Assembly: GCF_006345805.1 (NCBI RefSeq)
Contig: NC_043003.1
Location: 47,616,001 to 47,680,000 of the forward strand
Direction of reading: 5' to 3'
Source of the DNA: Octopus sinensis
Lineage: Eukaryota
DNA: 64,000 nt
The notes below the pieces were generated by a model that saw nothing but the letters and a program-made list of their open reading frames with translations, ran no database searches and was not told the DNA's origin. Both the position numbers and the translations under genes were made by a program. Below are positions 50,336 through 61,660 of the stretch, one piece after another (the first letter of the stretch is position 1; each line of letters opens with the position of its first letter).

Positions 50336-51628
50336 ACGGTTGGCTAAGAGCATTTCGGGTTTAATTAGTGTAGTGTTTCTGGTGACCCACATCGTGGATA
50401 TGGTTCCAGTATGTCTGGTGAAAATGTGACAGTCTTTTGTCTAATGGAGGACTAATGGGTTTTGGAATGACCTGTGACCTCGTGCGGCTGAGAAGAGTGT
50501 CAGGAGAATGTGAAAGAAAAGGGACAGATTAAGGGCTGAGAGCAAATAGAGATAGAGTATAAGCAGTAAGGGACGGATGGAGAGGCTAAGAGTCTGGCAG
50601 GCGATAGCGATAGAGTAAGAGCAGAGGGCAAATAGAAAGGATAAGCAGTAAGGGACAGATAGAGAGGCTAAGGGATTGAGGCGATATAGATAGAGTAAGG
50701 AATCAGAGAGCAGTTAGAGAGGGTGTGAGCGGTACAGAGGGAGATGAGGGAGTGGAAGAAGCACAGAGACGAAGTGAGGTCTTGGCAGTCGGTGAGCGGT
50801 CCTCGAAGAAGGCAGTTGGTAGCTGGTCGTCAAGAAGGGCAGTTGTTGAGCGGTCGTGGAAGAACACAGACGGATCTTGGACAGATCAGCAGGGATCTTG
50901 GGATTTGAGGAGCAAGCGATTGGAATATGCAGAAGGGATATGTACAGAAGGGAATTAGCAGTATTCAGAGGAATTAGCAGTATTGAGAGGAATGGGACAC
51001 TGGCAGATTCAATTAGGAATAAGGTATTTAATTGTATTGATTGTGTATTGATATGTGTCACGAGGTAAAGAGACTGTAAAAGAAAAGAAAGAGAAAAGAA
51101 GAGAGAAAAAGAAGGACTCTGTCGATGTAGTCGATAAAGAACATTGTGAATTGAGTAAAGGACTTGTTGAATTATAACGTGAATTGTTGTGATACGAACA
51201 TTGTATAATGTATCGAAGTGTTCTGATTGGACTGTGACGTATCGTGAACATTATCTGATCTGGACTTGTTGTGTCGTTACTGAACACTGTTATATTGTTA
51301 CATGAATTGCTGTTGTATTATGTTTGATCTGTTGCATGATGTATTGAGTAGTCACGTGCATGTTTCCTTTAAATGTATTTGATGTTGTGACAACTGTAAT
51401 TGTCGTATAAACTGTTGTTTGAATATAAGCCAGTGTTGCCAGTTGTTGCCTTGCCTCTTTGGGTTGTATCTCGGGTTGTGCCTCTGTATCTCTGTGCTGT
51501 TGAGGTTGTGGCAGTATCTATCTGTATCTCCTCTCCTCTCCGACGAGTTTCCGTGGCGAGAATATTCGCTGATCGAATCGGGCCTGTCTGAGGGATTCCG
51601 TACAGTTTTCGGAGGTCCCCTCGTAACA
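50332..51628. mobile_element. Solo LTR (about 1.3 kb) inserted in (TA)n
   Basis: Termini TGTTACG...CGTAACA (7-bp inverted repeat, TG...CA); ATAT on both sides; internal direct repeats (ataagcagtaagggac at about 50558 and 50641); no coding capacity seen. Confidence 0.8.
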
Positions 51629-51699
51629 ATATATATGTAACAAAAAGAAAATAGAAACTACACATGGAAATGTAAGGGAAAAGTAAGAAGAAAAATACA

Positions 51700-51945
51700 A
51701 ACTATTTTAATTAGGATGTCAAGAAAAGGGAGTTGTTTACTGCTGTGCTCCATGGTGAATTGTATTTTGCTATTAATATTGTTAAGCATTATTTTGAAAT
51801 CGAGGAGTTTGTCCATGCTGTCTTTCCAAAGTATAAAGCAATCGTCCAAATACCTCTTCCAGTTCTCCTTTAAATAGCAATGAAAAGAGGTGCCATATTT
51901 TTGTAGTGATAATTGATATATTTTAAGCTTTAGGTAACCCATTAC
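51700..51945 (-). mobile_element. Penelope-like reverse transcriptase fragment
   Basis: WKRYLDDCFILW...LNNINSKIQFTMEHSSKQLPFLDILI shows the YxDD motif plus the PLE-typical FTxE...LPFLD. Confidence 0.88.
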
Positions 51946-52367
51946 TTTTATTACTTTTATTCCTACCTCAGTTCATCTAATTGTATATATCTATTGTTAC
52001 TTTTCGTAAAAAGCCTTTACTTTTTTTGATTTCCAATGTGCATTTTTGCTTATATATATATAATTGCCTAAGCTAAGCCTATTACTTAGCTCACTTCGGT
52101 CAACCTGGCTGAAAGAAAATAGCAATAGTCAGTGAGCATTTATGAATGACATCAAGTTGTAAAAACCTTTGTTTTGACTCAGAGCAAATATCTAAATTTA
52201 ACAAAATCACTGTCATGTGTTAGAATAGTAAGAAACAACAAAAACCAGGTGAATACCCATCAGTTTATAAAACTCTTTATTAATGTCTCAAAATTCCCCA
52301 TTATTTGTTGCTATTTGACCTCTTGATTCCCTATTAAAGTATCTTTCACTTATGTTTTCTTTATCAG

Positions 52368-52579
52368 GTTGTGAACTAAACAAGTGCAATACCAATGGCC
52401 AGACACCATTGCTATTAGCATGTGAGAAAGGTGATGATGAAGTTGTTGAGATGCTCCTTGCTCAGCCTCGGTGCAAAAGAAACTGTTCATCATCTATTGC
52501 ACCCCTCCACATTGCTGTGGAATACGGTCATCTTGCCGTTGTGAAGAAGCTTGTTGAGGGTGGCTGGAACATCAATCAG
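52368..52579 (+). CDS. ASB-like exon 9
   Basis: ttttctttatcag acceptor and CAG|gtatct donor, phase 1-0. Peptide GCELNKCNTNGQTPLLLACEKG...IAPLHIAVEYGHLAVVKKLVEGGWNINQ. Confidence 0.93.
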
Positions 52580-52851
52580 GTATCTTACCATATTATATCT
52601 CTCTTAGTTCATATTTTAATATTTCTTTTCTTGTGTCGTTTTTCTCTGCCATGATTTATATATTTCATAGGTGCAGGCATGGCTGTGTGCTTGTTTCCCA
52701 AGCATATGGTTTGCATTCAGTCTCATTGCATGGCACTTTTGGCAAGTGTCTTCTATAGCTCTGGACTGAACAAAGTCTTGTAAGTGGATTTGGTAGACAG
52801 AAACTGAAATAAGCACAGTGTGTGTGTATTTATATATATATATATATATAC

Positions 52852-53240
52852 ATCAAAAATCAAAGAATCAAAAAATCAAATCGAAATCGATCAACATCAA
52901 TGGAATTTGTAGTTTGTGGTACCAGTGCCAGTGGCACATAAGAGAACCATCCGAACGTTGCCGTAGCCAGCATCGCATCGACTGGCCTCCGTGCTGGTGG
53001 CACATAACAAACACCATCCGATCGTGGCCGTGCCAGCCTCTTCTGGCACCTGTGTCGGTGGCACATAAAAAGCACCCACTACACTCACGGAGTGGTTGGC
53101 GTTAGGAAGGGCATCCATCTGTAGAAACATCGCCAGATCTGACTGGCCTGGTGCAGCCTTTGGGCTTCCCAGACCCCAGTTGAACCGTCCAACCCATGCT
53201 AGCATGGAAAGCGGACGTTAAACGATGATGATGATGATGA
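52852..53240 (+). mobile_element. RTE 3' UTR fragment with (GAT)n tail
   Basis: Homologous to 21700-22106 and flanked by TA runs. Confidence 0.9.
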
Positions 53241-53254
53241 TATATAGAAAGAAA

Positions 53255-54066
53255 GTGCAGTGAATATATTGTTGTCTAAATTACCTGAAAATGAAAATAA
53301 CACTGACATCTCATTTTAACAGATATATTTACCAAAATTACATAAAAATATCTTGAAATACTAAAGAGTAAATTTATTCAATAAAATCGCCATTGGCTTC
53401 AACCACAGCCTCCTGACGACTTCGGAGTCTCCTGCAACTCTTCTGGATGGTCTTCTTGTTTAAATTGGTGAATACTGCTATAATCCTTACCTTCAATTCA
53501 TCTTTTGTGTTAGAAGGAGTTTTGTTGGTCTCTTACTCAACTGTGACCTTCACATAATTATCAAGGGGGTTGCAGTCTGGGGTGTTAGGTGGCCAGATGT
53601 TAGGGAATGATGTGGTCGCAGAAATTGTCTGACAGCCATGACTGGGTTCTTCTGCTTGTATGACATAGTGCAGAGTCCTGTGAGGGTCTTCCAGCAGCCA
53701 CCCTCTTGACCCAGAGCAGCACTACCTCCTCCAGGCATTTGATGTAGGCTTCCGTATTGAGTCTGAGGCTGTGTGGGAAGATGAATGGGGGCTTAATGGT
53801 GCCATCACTAGTGATCACTCCAAACACCATGATGTTGACTGAATGCTTGATTTTTATCATTCTCTGTACGTTTTGGGGACATACCAAGCCAATGGTTGTA
53901 ATGTGTGTTCATCATTTGTTCATATTGGAGCTTCTGGTGTTGTTTTTCTCGCAGATGGTTCCCAGCTGACCCTACTATACTGTGTAGTCAACAAAATCTA
54001 AAACAAACATTGCGCACATGTGAAATTGAAAATATAAAATGGCAACAATTTACCCATCGCACCCTG
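53255..54066 (-). mobile_element. Second copy of the Tc1/mariner relic, inverted relative to 22384-23259
   Basis: Minus-strand KHSVNIMVFGVITSDGTIKPPFIF...QDSALCHTSRRTQSWL; the same TIRs, ending ...cccatcgcaccctg-TA. Confidence 0.9.
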
Positions 54067-55309
54067 TATATGTATGTATGCATGATTGTATGCGTGTTTG
54101 TGTCTCTTTGTCTTGGCATCATGTGATAGTTGTAAATGATTGCCACTGTCATACAAGCAGTATCATTCATTTCCAATATTCTGTGAAAAACATGTCTGGC
54201 CATGGTGAAATATTATTTTGCTTGGAAACAAGTGAGGATTATTGATAGGAAGGGCATGGGAAGGTGGGTATTAAAATGATGATGACGCCACCACTGCTGA
54301 CGACTATAACCCTCAACTTTCATAATATTTGTACTTTACATTTCAATCTCTAACCACCAAAGCTTTTCTCACTCCATCCATCCACACAAACCGAGGCCTG
54401 CCTCTGGTTCTGCTGCCTTCCACTTCTGCTTTCATCACCCTCCTTACCATCTGCTCCTCATCCATCCTCTCCATGTGGCCTAACCACCTCAACATTCATC
54501 TATCCCTTCTGGTATATAGATTTTCTCTCATTCCTGCTTGCCTTTGCAAGAGAGTTTATTAATGATAGGAAAGCTTGGAGAGTGTTTATGGATAGATGAG
54601 TGAATTGATGTTGTTCAAAGGGGTGTGGAACCAGCATGATGTATTGGGGGGTAAACCAGCATATGTTGTTGTGCCCCGCTGCTGATATCGGGCGTTGCTT
54701 TCTATGCCTTGACCTGAGCATAGGACAGGGTTTGCATCTTCGAGCTAGGAAATGAATGGAATGCCTGGTGTGTGTCTTGTTGTGGCTACCTCCTCCTATA
54801 GGGAATAGGCCTTGGTTAATAAAAAAAACATTTCAATCTGCTCGGTTTTTAATTGTCATTGTGAGTTTCCTTATTCTTATAGAAGTTCCAGTTTAAAGAC
54901 TTTTTTCTATACCGAGGTTTCAATGTTCTTTAACATTATGTCACAATTCCACCCCAATTCAGGAATGGAGTAATCAAAATGTAGTGTTAATTACAAAAAT
55001 GATCACAGAAAAATCAGGAAATTAAAATTATTGCAATAACTCTTTAAAATTGCTGTCATTTTCTACCATCTGCAAAATATTCATTGTTATGATTTTCTCC
55101 TTGTGTCATCTCTAATCAATCAAGATTGTAATATGTAATATATCCTGTCTATTTGTGCTCCATAAGCATCTCTCTTTCCCCTGTAGCCAGAATACTGACT
55201 AGACTAAACCAACAACAACAACCTTAAATTTACATTTATGAACCAATACTTGATACCAAGAAGATCATAGTGCCATACAGAAGAATTATAGCGATACAAG
55301 AAGGAAAAC

Positions 55310-55349
<40 letters not shown>

Positions 55350-57696
55350 TCTTTCTATAAAGGCACAAGGCCTGAAATTTATGAGGAGGGAACTAGTTGA
55401 TTGCATTGACCGCAGTGTTTCACTGGTACTTAATTTATCAACCCCAAAAGGATCAAAGGCAAAGTCGACCTTGGCGGAATTTGAACTCAGAGCATAATGA
55501 AGGAAGAAACACAGCTAAGCATTTTGCCCAGCATGCTATTGATTCTGCCAGCCTGCCACCTTAGTAATAGTAATTATAATCTTTTTCTGGATTACAAGAG
55601 GATACAGGGCTGATAATTATCTTTAGCTTTCCGTATCATTAAATGGATGAAAGATAGATCTGCCCCTGGATAAGATGTAAGTCTATTATAAGTGGAGTTC
55701 ACCTTGACACTGCAAACCAGTGATGAGAAAGCCATCAGTTTACAACAGTGAATTGGTATTAGGAAAGGTATCCCATCATAGAAATCATACCAAAGCAGAC
55801 AGTGGAGGCATTGGTGCATTCCTGTGGCTAGCTAGCTCCCGTCAAACTGTCCGACCCATACCAGCATGGAATACTGATGTTAAATGATGATGATGATGGT
55901 GCGATGGTGTTAGTGATGGCAATGATGACGACAACGACGACCTCTCAGTCATGAAGTATATTTGTCATGGTAACAATTCAACACCAATGACAAGATGTGA
56001 ATCTCTGACCTGGTTTGTTTGTTGTCAGTTGTTTGGTATCTTGGTGACTTAACCATTTATGTCCTCTGAAAGGAAATGGAAACAATGTTGATATGGGGGT
56101 GGCATGATATCTGGAAGACATTGTTATCTTGAAGCATCTACTAATCTTGATTTGAGAACTATTATATGTTGATAATGGAGGTTATTATCAACTGCAGAGG
56201 AAAGAGAAAGACTGAGGAAGACAGAGGAAGAAGTGGTAGAGTCAGATCTTGGGTCTCTCTGATAAGATGACACCAATCACTTCAAGTGGTGATATGTTGT
56301 ACAATGAACCCTGCCTAACCCATGCCAGCATGGGACAATGAGCATCAAAAGAATGAAATAAGTGCTTTACACTTTGCATTTCTACTATAATACTTACATT
56401 ACACTTAGATCTACTATAATAATTTTAAGTTTGGCATGCTTCATGAAATAGATTTGCAATTACCCAAGAAAGAAGTTTCAACGGACTCATGAGAATCAGT
56501 AGAACCTCAATGCTGCTGTCATACATTTAAAGTTGGTATCTTTTATGAAAGTCACTACAATAATTTAAGGTGACATTTTTTATAAAACAAGTTTACAGCT
56601 ACTCAACAAAGGAACTTTAGCATAATCGTGAATACCAAAGGAATCTCAATGCATTCAGTGGAACTATTAGAAATAGCAGCCAATTCACCCTTAGACCACA
56701 CTCTACTATCTTAAAGAGAAAAGCCACAGTAATTGGTGTAGTTGAAATAAAGACAATGTTTCCTGTTTACCTTTAATTAAAAATCTGTTTGATCAGGAGC
56801 AATTCAGGGTTAAACAAGGAAATTGTGAAAGCTGGTTTTAGATAGTAGAGCACTAAACTAAGTGCTTTTGTTCTGAGTTCAAATTGTGCTACAATCAATT
56901 CTGTTTTTTTATCTTTTCAGACAAAAGATGCTGTTGGATTAAATACCAGTAATATACTTAAGGCCAAACTCATTCAAATATGACCCATCTATATAATCGT
57001 CCCCCTGGCTAGCCCTCAATCTCTCAATCTATCACTCTATTTTTATACCCAGTGATCTGTTTGGCTATCTATTGATATCTCTCTATGCTCTCTCTTTTTG
57101 TATACCTCTACCCATTCCAGCAATCAACTGACTGTTGATCTATCTATCTTTCTGTATGTGTTCTTTTCCATCAAGTCTAGAGTTTTGACGTTGAGTAAGT
57201 GTATGAATTTCTGTTGGTTTCAATGATGAGGATTCAGATGTTTGATAAAACTGAGTGACCTGCTCATTGAACCAATGTGTAAGTGGCCAGTCATTCCACA
57301 AATTCTTATTGTAACTTTCAGGCAGAATCAACATGACACAACTTGTAACAAAGCTGTGCTTTTGAATTACAAGTACACTCCCTAGGTGGGCTTCCACACA
57401 ATTTCTGACTACTCAAAAGGCTTAGGTTAACCTGAGGCTGTAGTGAAACCCTTCATACTTATAAAGTGAACTTCTAAACCTATGCTATTACTTCACATTT
57501 TTTTATCCTTATTTATTGTGTTGCATGGAATACTGACATATATTGTCTTTTCTTAGTTTATCTAAGTAGTCTGTCTGTCTTTCCATCTGTCCATCATACT
57601 CTTTATCAACATGTCTGGCTATCTATCTTTTCATCTTTCAGCCTATCTGTTAGTTTATTTCTGTTTATCTGTGTATGTGTGTGTGTGTGTGTAGAT

Positions 57697-58202
57697 CAGT
57701 AGTCCTTAACTTGGTAGTGCCCAAGGGTACTTATAAGAAAACGTCAAATGTCAGTGGGGTGTTATGTGGGGGAGCTGGTATTTAGAGGGGTTGTGATTTT
57801 TCTGAGAAATAAAATATTTAAACCAGATAAAATACTTATATTTTAAACACGTATTCAAAATATATACATCTTTGTCAGAATTATGATATGAATAAGAGAT
57901 TGTATTATCATAATTGATGATGTGTCAAGGTCCAATACAGTTTTGTTATATAAGTGCATGCTTTCTTAAAAATTTAACATAGGAGGTACTAGTTTATGCA
58001 AATATCTAAAAATAAATGGCATATATTACATGGGACATAATAAGAATATATAGAAAATAAACTATTGTGTAAAAATAGCTCTTTGATTAAAAATTTTGGG
58101 GGTTTCTTTTCTGCAAAATGCAAACCTGATGGGATGAGGGATGTGTGTAAAATGCCATTCAACAAAAGGAAGTGCTAAACTACAAAATATTGAGAATCAC
58201 TG
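57697..58202. mobile_element. hAT (Charlie-like) non-autonomous element, old
   Basis: Ends CAGTAGTCCTTAAC / TTGAGAATCACTG; 8-bp flanks gtgtagat / atgtaaat (6 of 8 match, NTNTANAN-type). Confidence 0.5.
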
Positions 58203-58888
58203 ATGTAAATGAATATATATTACTTTGAGCTTATATATAGTTCATATATCTGTCTGTCTGTATCTTTTTCTGGGGTGAATATTTACTACTTTTCTTAATC
58301 ATACTATTTTCTTTAATAATTATTTCCCTCCATTTATCTAAAGTGGAAGGAAAAGTGACATCAAATAACTTTTTATAGGTTATCTCTCACTACTGCTGCT
58401 GCTGTCTCTTGCAGAAGGGATAGTTTGATGAGACCGCTGTTTAAACTTGTTATTCAAGTTCCTTTAACAGTTATCTGCAAAATATACTTACAAGTTGAAA
58501 TAGATAAAGAAAAGCGTACACCATATGAATGTGTGTCACTACCAAACACAAAGCAAATTGTATTGGGTGAAGTTCAAACTAGCTCACTCTTCGTTATCTT
58601 TCCTCAGCATCACACTCACAAGTTCAACTCTAATAAATAACAGAAAAATCCAACTGTTGAGTAACCAGGGCTGTGACTAAGCTTATGTGAGATAGGAAAC
58701 TGTTGTTGTCACAGCATACTGTGTCTATAGTAGAAAGGATTATTATTATTATCATTATTCTGCCGAGGTTGACTTTGCCTTTCATCCTTCTAGGGTCAAT
58801 AAATTAAGTACCAGTGAAACACCGGGGTCACTGTAATCAAATAGTCCCCTCCCCCTTAAATTTCAGGCCTTGTGCTTTTAGTAGAAAG

Positions 58889-58889
58889 G

Positions 58890-58921
<32 letters not shown>

Positions 58922-59002
58922 CATTATTATTATTATTATTATTATTATCATTATTATTATTATTATTATTATTATCATTACTATTATTATTATTATCATC
59001 AC

Positions 59003-59038
<36 letters not shown>

Positions 59039-59079
59039 CATTACTATTATTATTATTATCATCACTATTATTATTATTG

Positions 59080-59110
<31 letters not shown>

Positions 59111-59156
59111 TGTTGTTATTATTACTACTATTATCATCATTAATATTATTATTATT
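58889..59156. repeat. Long (TTA)n trinucleotide microsatellite with TCA/CTA interruptions
   Basis: Read directly; it produces the poly-Y, poly-I and poly-N spurious ORFs. Confidence 0.98.
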
Positions 59157-59706
59157 GAGTGAGAGAGCAGTGCATGCCATCAAAGTGACACTGGGGTAAA
59201 ATATACGAAGCCCAGTATACCCATCATGACTACCCGTCTGATAAGGGTACACCAGGCACATGCATCACAACCAAGTGTGCATGACATGGTGATCTCATAT
59301 CAAGATAAACAGCTCATGACCTTGCAGGTGGGGCCCAGTTAGAATTTTCTTCTGGTCAAGTAGCCCATCCCACTCAAAAGGTCCCTGAATAAGGATTGTT
59401 TAAAGATGTTGAACAAACCACCCATGTTTCCAAAGGTGAATTATTAAAACCCCAAAGAATCTCTCTCAACACATGGCTATGATGCTCCCCCACTACTTCT
59501 GCTCATGATCAGAGATGCACATATCGTCAGCCACTAAGGGACATGGTCAACTGGTTAAGGTCAAACAACTGACAAGCAAATCTGTGATATTGAGCAGAAT
59601 ATTTGCTGTAGCCCATCTTTTATACCAAGACAAAACAATGTACATGATAACACTTTCAATCAGTTAAGATCAGGAACCATGAGAGTCACTGCCTGGTACT
59701 ACATCA
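59157..59706 (-). mobile_element. Probable non-LTR retroelement 3' region ending in (AAT)n
   Basis: About 550-bp block of higher GC content bounded by (TTA)n and (GTT)n microsatellites. No protein motif seen, so the class is inferred only. Confidence 0.35.
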
Positions 59707-60231
59707 GTTGTTGTTGTTGTTGTTGTTGTTGAGGTGGTGAGCTGGCAGAATCTTTTGTGTGCCAAACAAAATAGTCAGGGGCATTTCATCCATATTTATA
59801 TCCTAGGATCACATTCCATCGAGGTTGACTTTGCCTTTCATCCTTTCAGGGTTCATAAAATAAGTGCTGTTTGAACACTGGAGTGAATGTAATCAACTTT
59901 CTTCTCTTGTAAAATTGCTGGCCTTGTGTCAAAATTCGAAACCATCATCATTATCATTATTATTATTGTCAAGGCAGTAAGCTGGCAGAATTGTTGGCAT
60001 GCCGGGCGATGATGCTTAGCGGCATTTCTGTCTTCACGTTCTGAGTTCCTCTGCTGAAGTCAGCTTTGCCTTTCATCCTTTCAGGGTTAATAAAATAAAT
60101 ACCATTTGAGTATTGGGGTTGATGTAATCAGCTTATTCCCTCTCCCGAAATTGTTGGCCTTGTGCCAAAATTTGAGGCCGTTACCATCATTATTATTGTT
60201 GTTGTTATTATTATCTTGTTTTATTTTCCAG

Positions 60232-60762
60232 ATGAATAATGTTGGACAAACTGCAGTTCAGCTTGCCTGCTCACTTGACTCTATGAATATGGTGAAGCTA
60301 CTTCTGATGTATGGATGTGATCTCAATGCTCATGCCAGTTTCCCATTGTTAGTGCATTTAGGAGCAGACGATGATGACAGCCCCTTTTTTGTGCAGGAAC
60401 CCTTCTACTCAGCCACAGTCAACAAAAACATTGATATGATCAAACTGCTTATTAAGTGCTACCAGAATATTCCTACTAAAACAGTGAAAACCATCGAAAG
60501 TCTGATTAGCACATCTTCTGTCATTTCTTCCCTCTTTACTAAAGATATGAAAATCCAGATAGCAGAACTGATGCAGAAAGCGCACAAATACCCCCGCTCA
60601 CTAATGGAGATCTGCCGGGTTGTTATACGGCACCAGCTGGGAGTGAATCCTCGTGCTAAGCTGGATACAATTGAGAAGCTTGCACCCAGCCACAAAGATT
60701 ACATTTGCATGGTTGAAGAGCTGAAAATAGACAGTCCTCATATTTACAAAACTGGCTGGTGA
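60232..60762 (+). CDS. ASB-like terminal coding exon 10 (last ankyrin repeats plus SOCS box)
   Basis: ttattttccag acceptor, phase 0. Peptide MNNVGQTAVQLAC...GCDLN; SOCS box PRSLMEICRVVIRHQLG...LAPSHKDYICM at 60592-60711; TGA stop followed directly by TAG. Confidence 0.95.
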   Translation: MNNVGQTAVQLACSLDSMNMVKLLLMYGCDLNAHASFPLLVHLGADDDDSPFFVQEPFYSATVNKNIDMIKLLIKCYQNIPTKTVKTIESLISTSSVISSLFTKDMKIQIAELMQKAHKYPRSLMEICRVVIRHQLGVNPRAKLDTIEKLAPSHKDYICMVEELKIDSPHIYKTGW

Positions 60763-60917
60763 TAGAGTATTGTATGATGTACCAGCTTTCTAATTTTAAA
60801 ATGCCACACAGAAACTTCTACCCTCACTTTTACCCACCACCCATTTTAAACCCCATCCTCATCCCTACCACCAGATTTTACAATGCCACTAAGAGACCAC
60901 ACCAATTTTTAAATGAG

Positions 60918-61001
60918 ATTATATATATATAAATTTGTATATGTGTATGCACATTGTGTGTGCATGCACATGTATGTGTGTGTGTATACATATATATATA
61001 T

Positions 61002-61046
<45 letters not shown>

Positions 61047-61146
61047 TTGTATATATCTATATATATACACACACACATTCATAGATACACATACCTATAG
61101 ATAGATATATGTATATGCATACATGGTGCAAACATGTAAACATGTG

Positions 61147-61192
<46 letters not shown>

Positions 61193-61535
61193 TGTATGCA
61201 AATATGTAAATTTATATGTCTATCTAATTTTCATGAATGCAGAAACAAATACATATACACACATGCATTCATACATATGTATACATATACATATATATAT
61301 TATGTATATATGTGTGTGTATATGTATGTATACACAAATGCACATAAGTATGCATGTATACATCCATTCATATAAGTGTGTATGCATGGCTACATACAGT
61401 CCAGTGACTGAAACAAGTAAAAGACATGTATACATACATACATGCTGTATATATATATGTGTGTGTGAGTATGTATACACATACATATATATGTATACAC
61501 ACATGCTTACATGTGTGTGTGTATGTGTATACACA
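60918..61535. repeat. Long degenerate (TA/TG/CA) tract in the putative 3' UTR
   Basis: About 600 nt of mostly RY alternation starting about 155 nt after the stop codon. Confidence 0.9.
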
Positions 61536-61547
61536 CCTGTTTCCATA

Positions 61548-61660
61548 ATTAAAGTAACTTACAGATTGTTCTTATTTTCCTTTTTGTAGTTGTGGTTGTT
61601 ACTGTTTCATTTTTATTGTTTCTTCCTTCTTTGATTTTGTTTTTTTTTCTCTTTTATTTG
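61548..61660 (+). terminator. Candidate polyadenylation signal (ATTAAA) with downstream U/GU-rich element
   Basis: ATTAAA at 61548-61553 followed by ttgttcttattttcctttttgtagttgtggttgtt, about 790 nt after the stop codon. Confidence 0.35.

Larger units (their letters stand above)
17409..60762 (+). other. Gene span: multi-exon ankyrin repeat and SOCS box (ASB-like) gene, 10 coding exons, 697 aa predicted; probable Elongin BC/Cullin-5 E3 substrate adaptor
   Basis: Exon lengths 37+591+147+114+135+126+74+127+212+531 = 2094 nt, all phases compatible. The joined protein is a continuous array of about 16-17 ankyrin repeats (TPLH-type and GADVN/GCDIN motifs) ending in a SOCS box. Orthology to a named ASB cannot be assigned from the sequence alone. 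Confidence 0.9.

Noticed and set aside
50343-50355. 13-mer GCTAAGAGCATTT shared between the solo LTR and the reverse strand of the 360-bp tandem unit
   Set aside because: Matches of this length are expected by chance in a 64-kb AT-rich window, and the similarity does not extend.
58814-59261. Poly-Tyr, poly-Ile and poly-Asn ORFs, and the many YIYI/HTHT ORFs elsewhere
   Set aside because: Translations of microsatellites.
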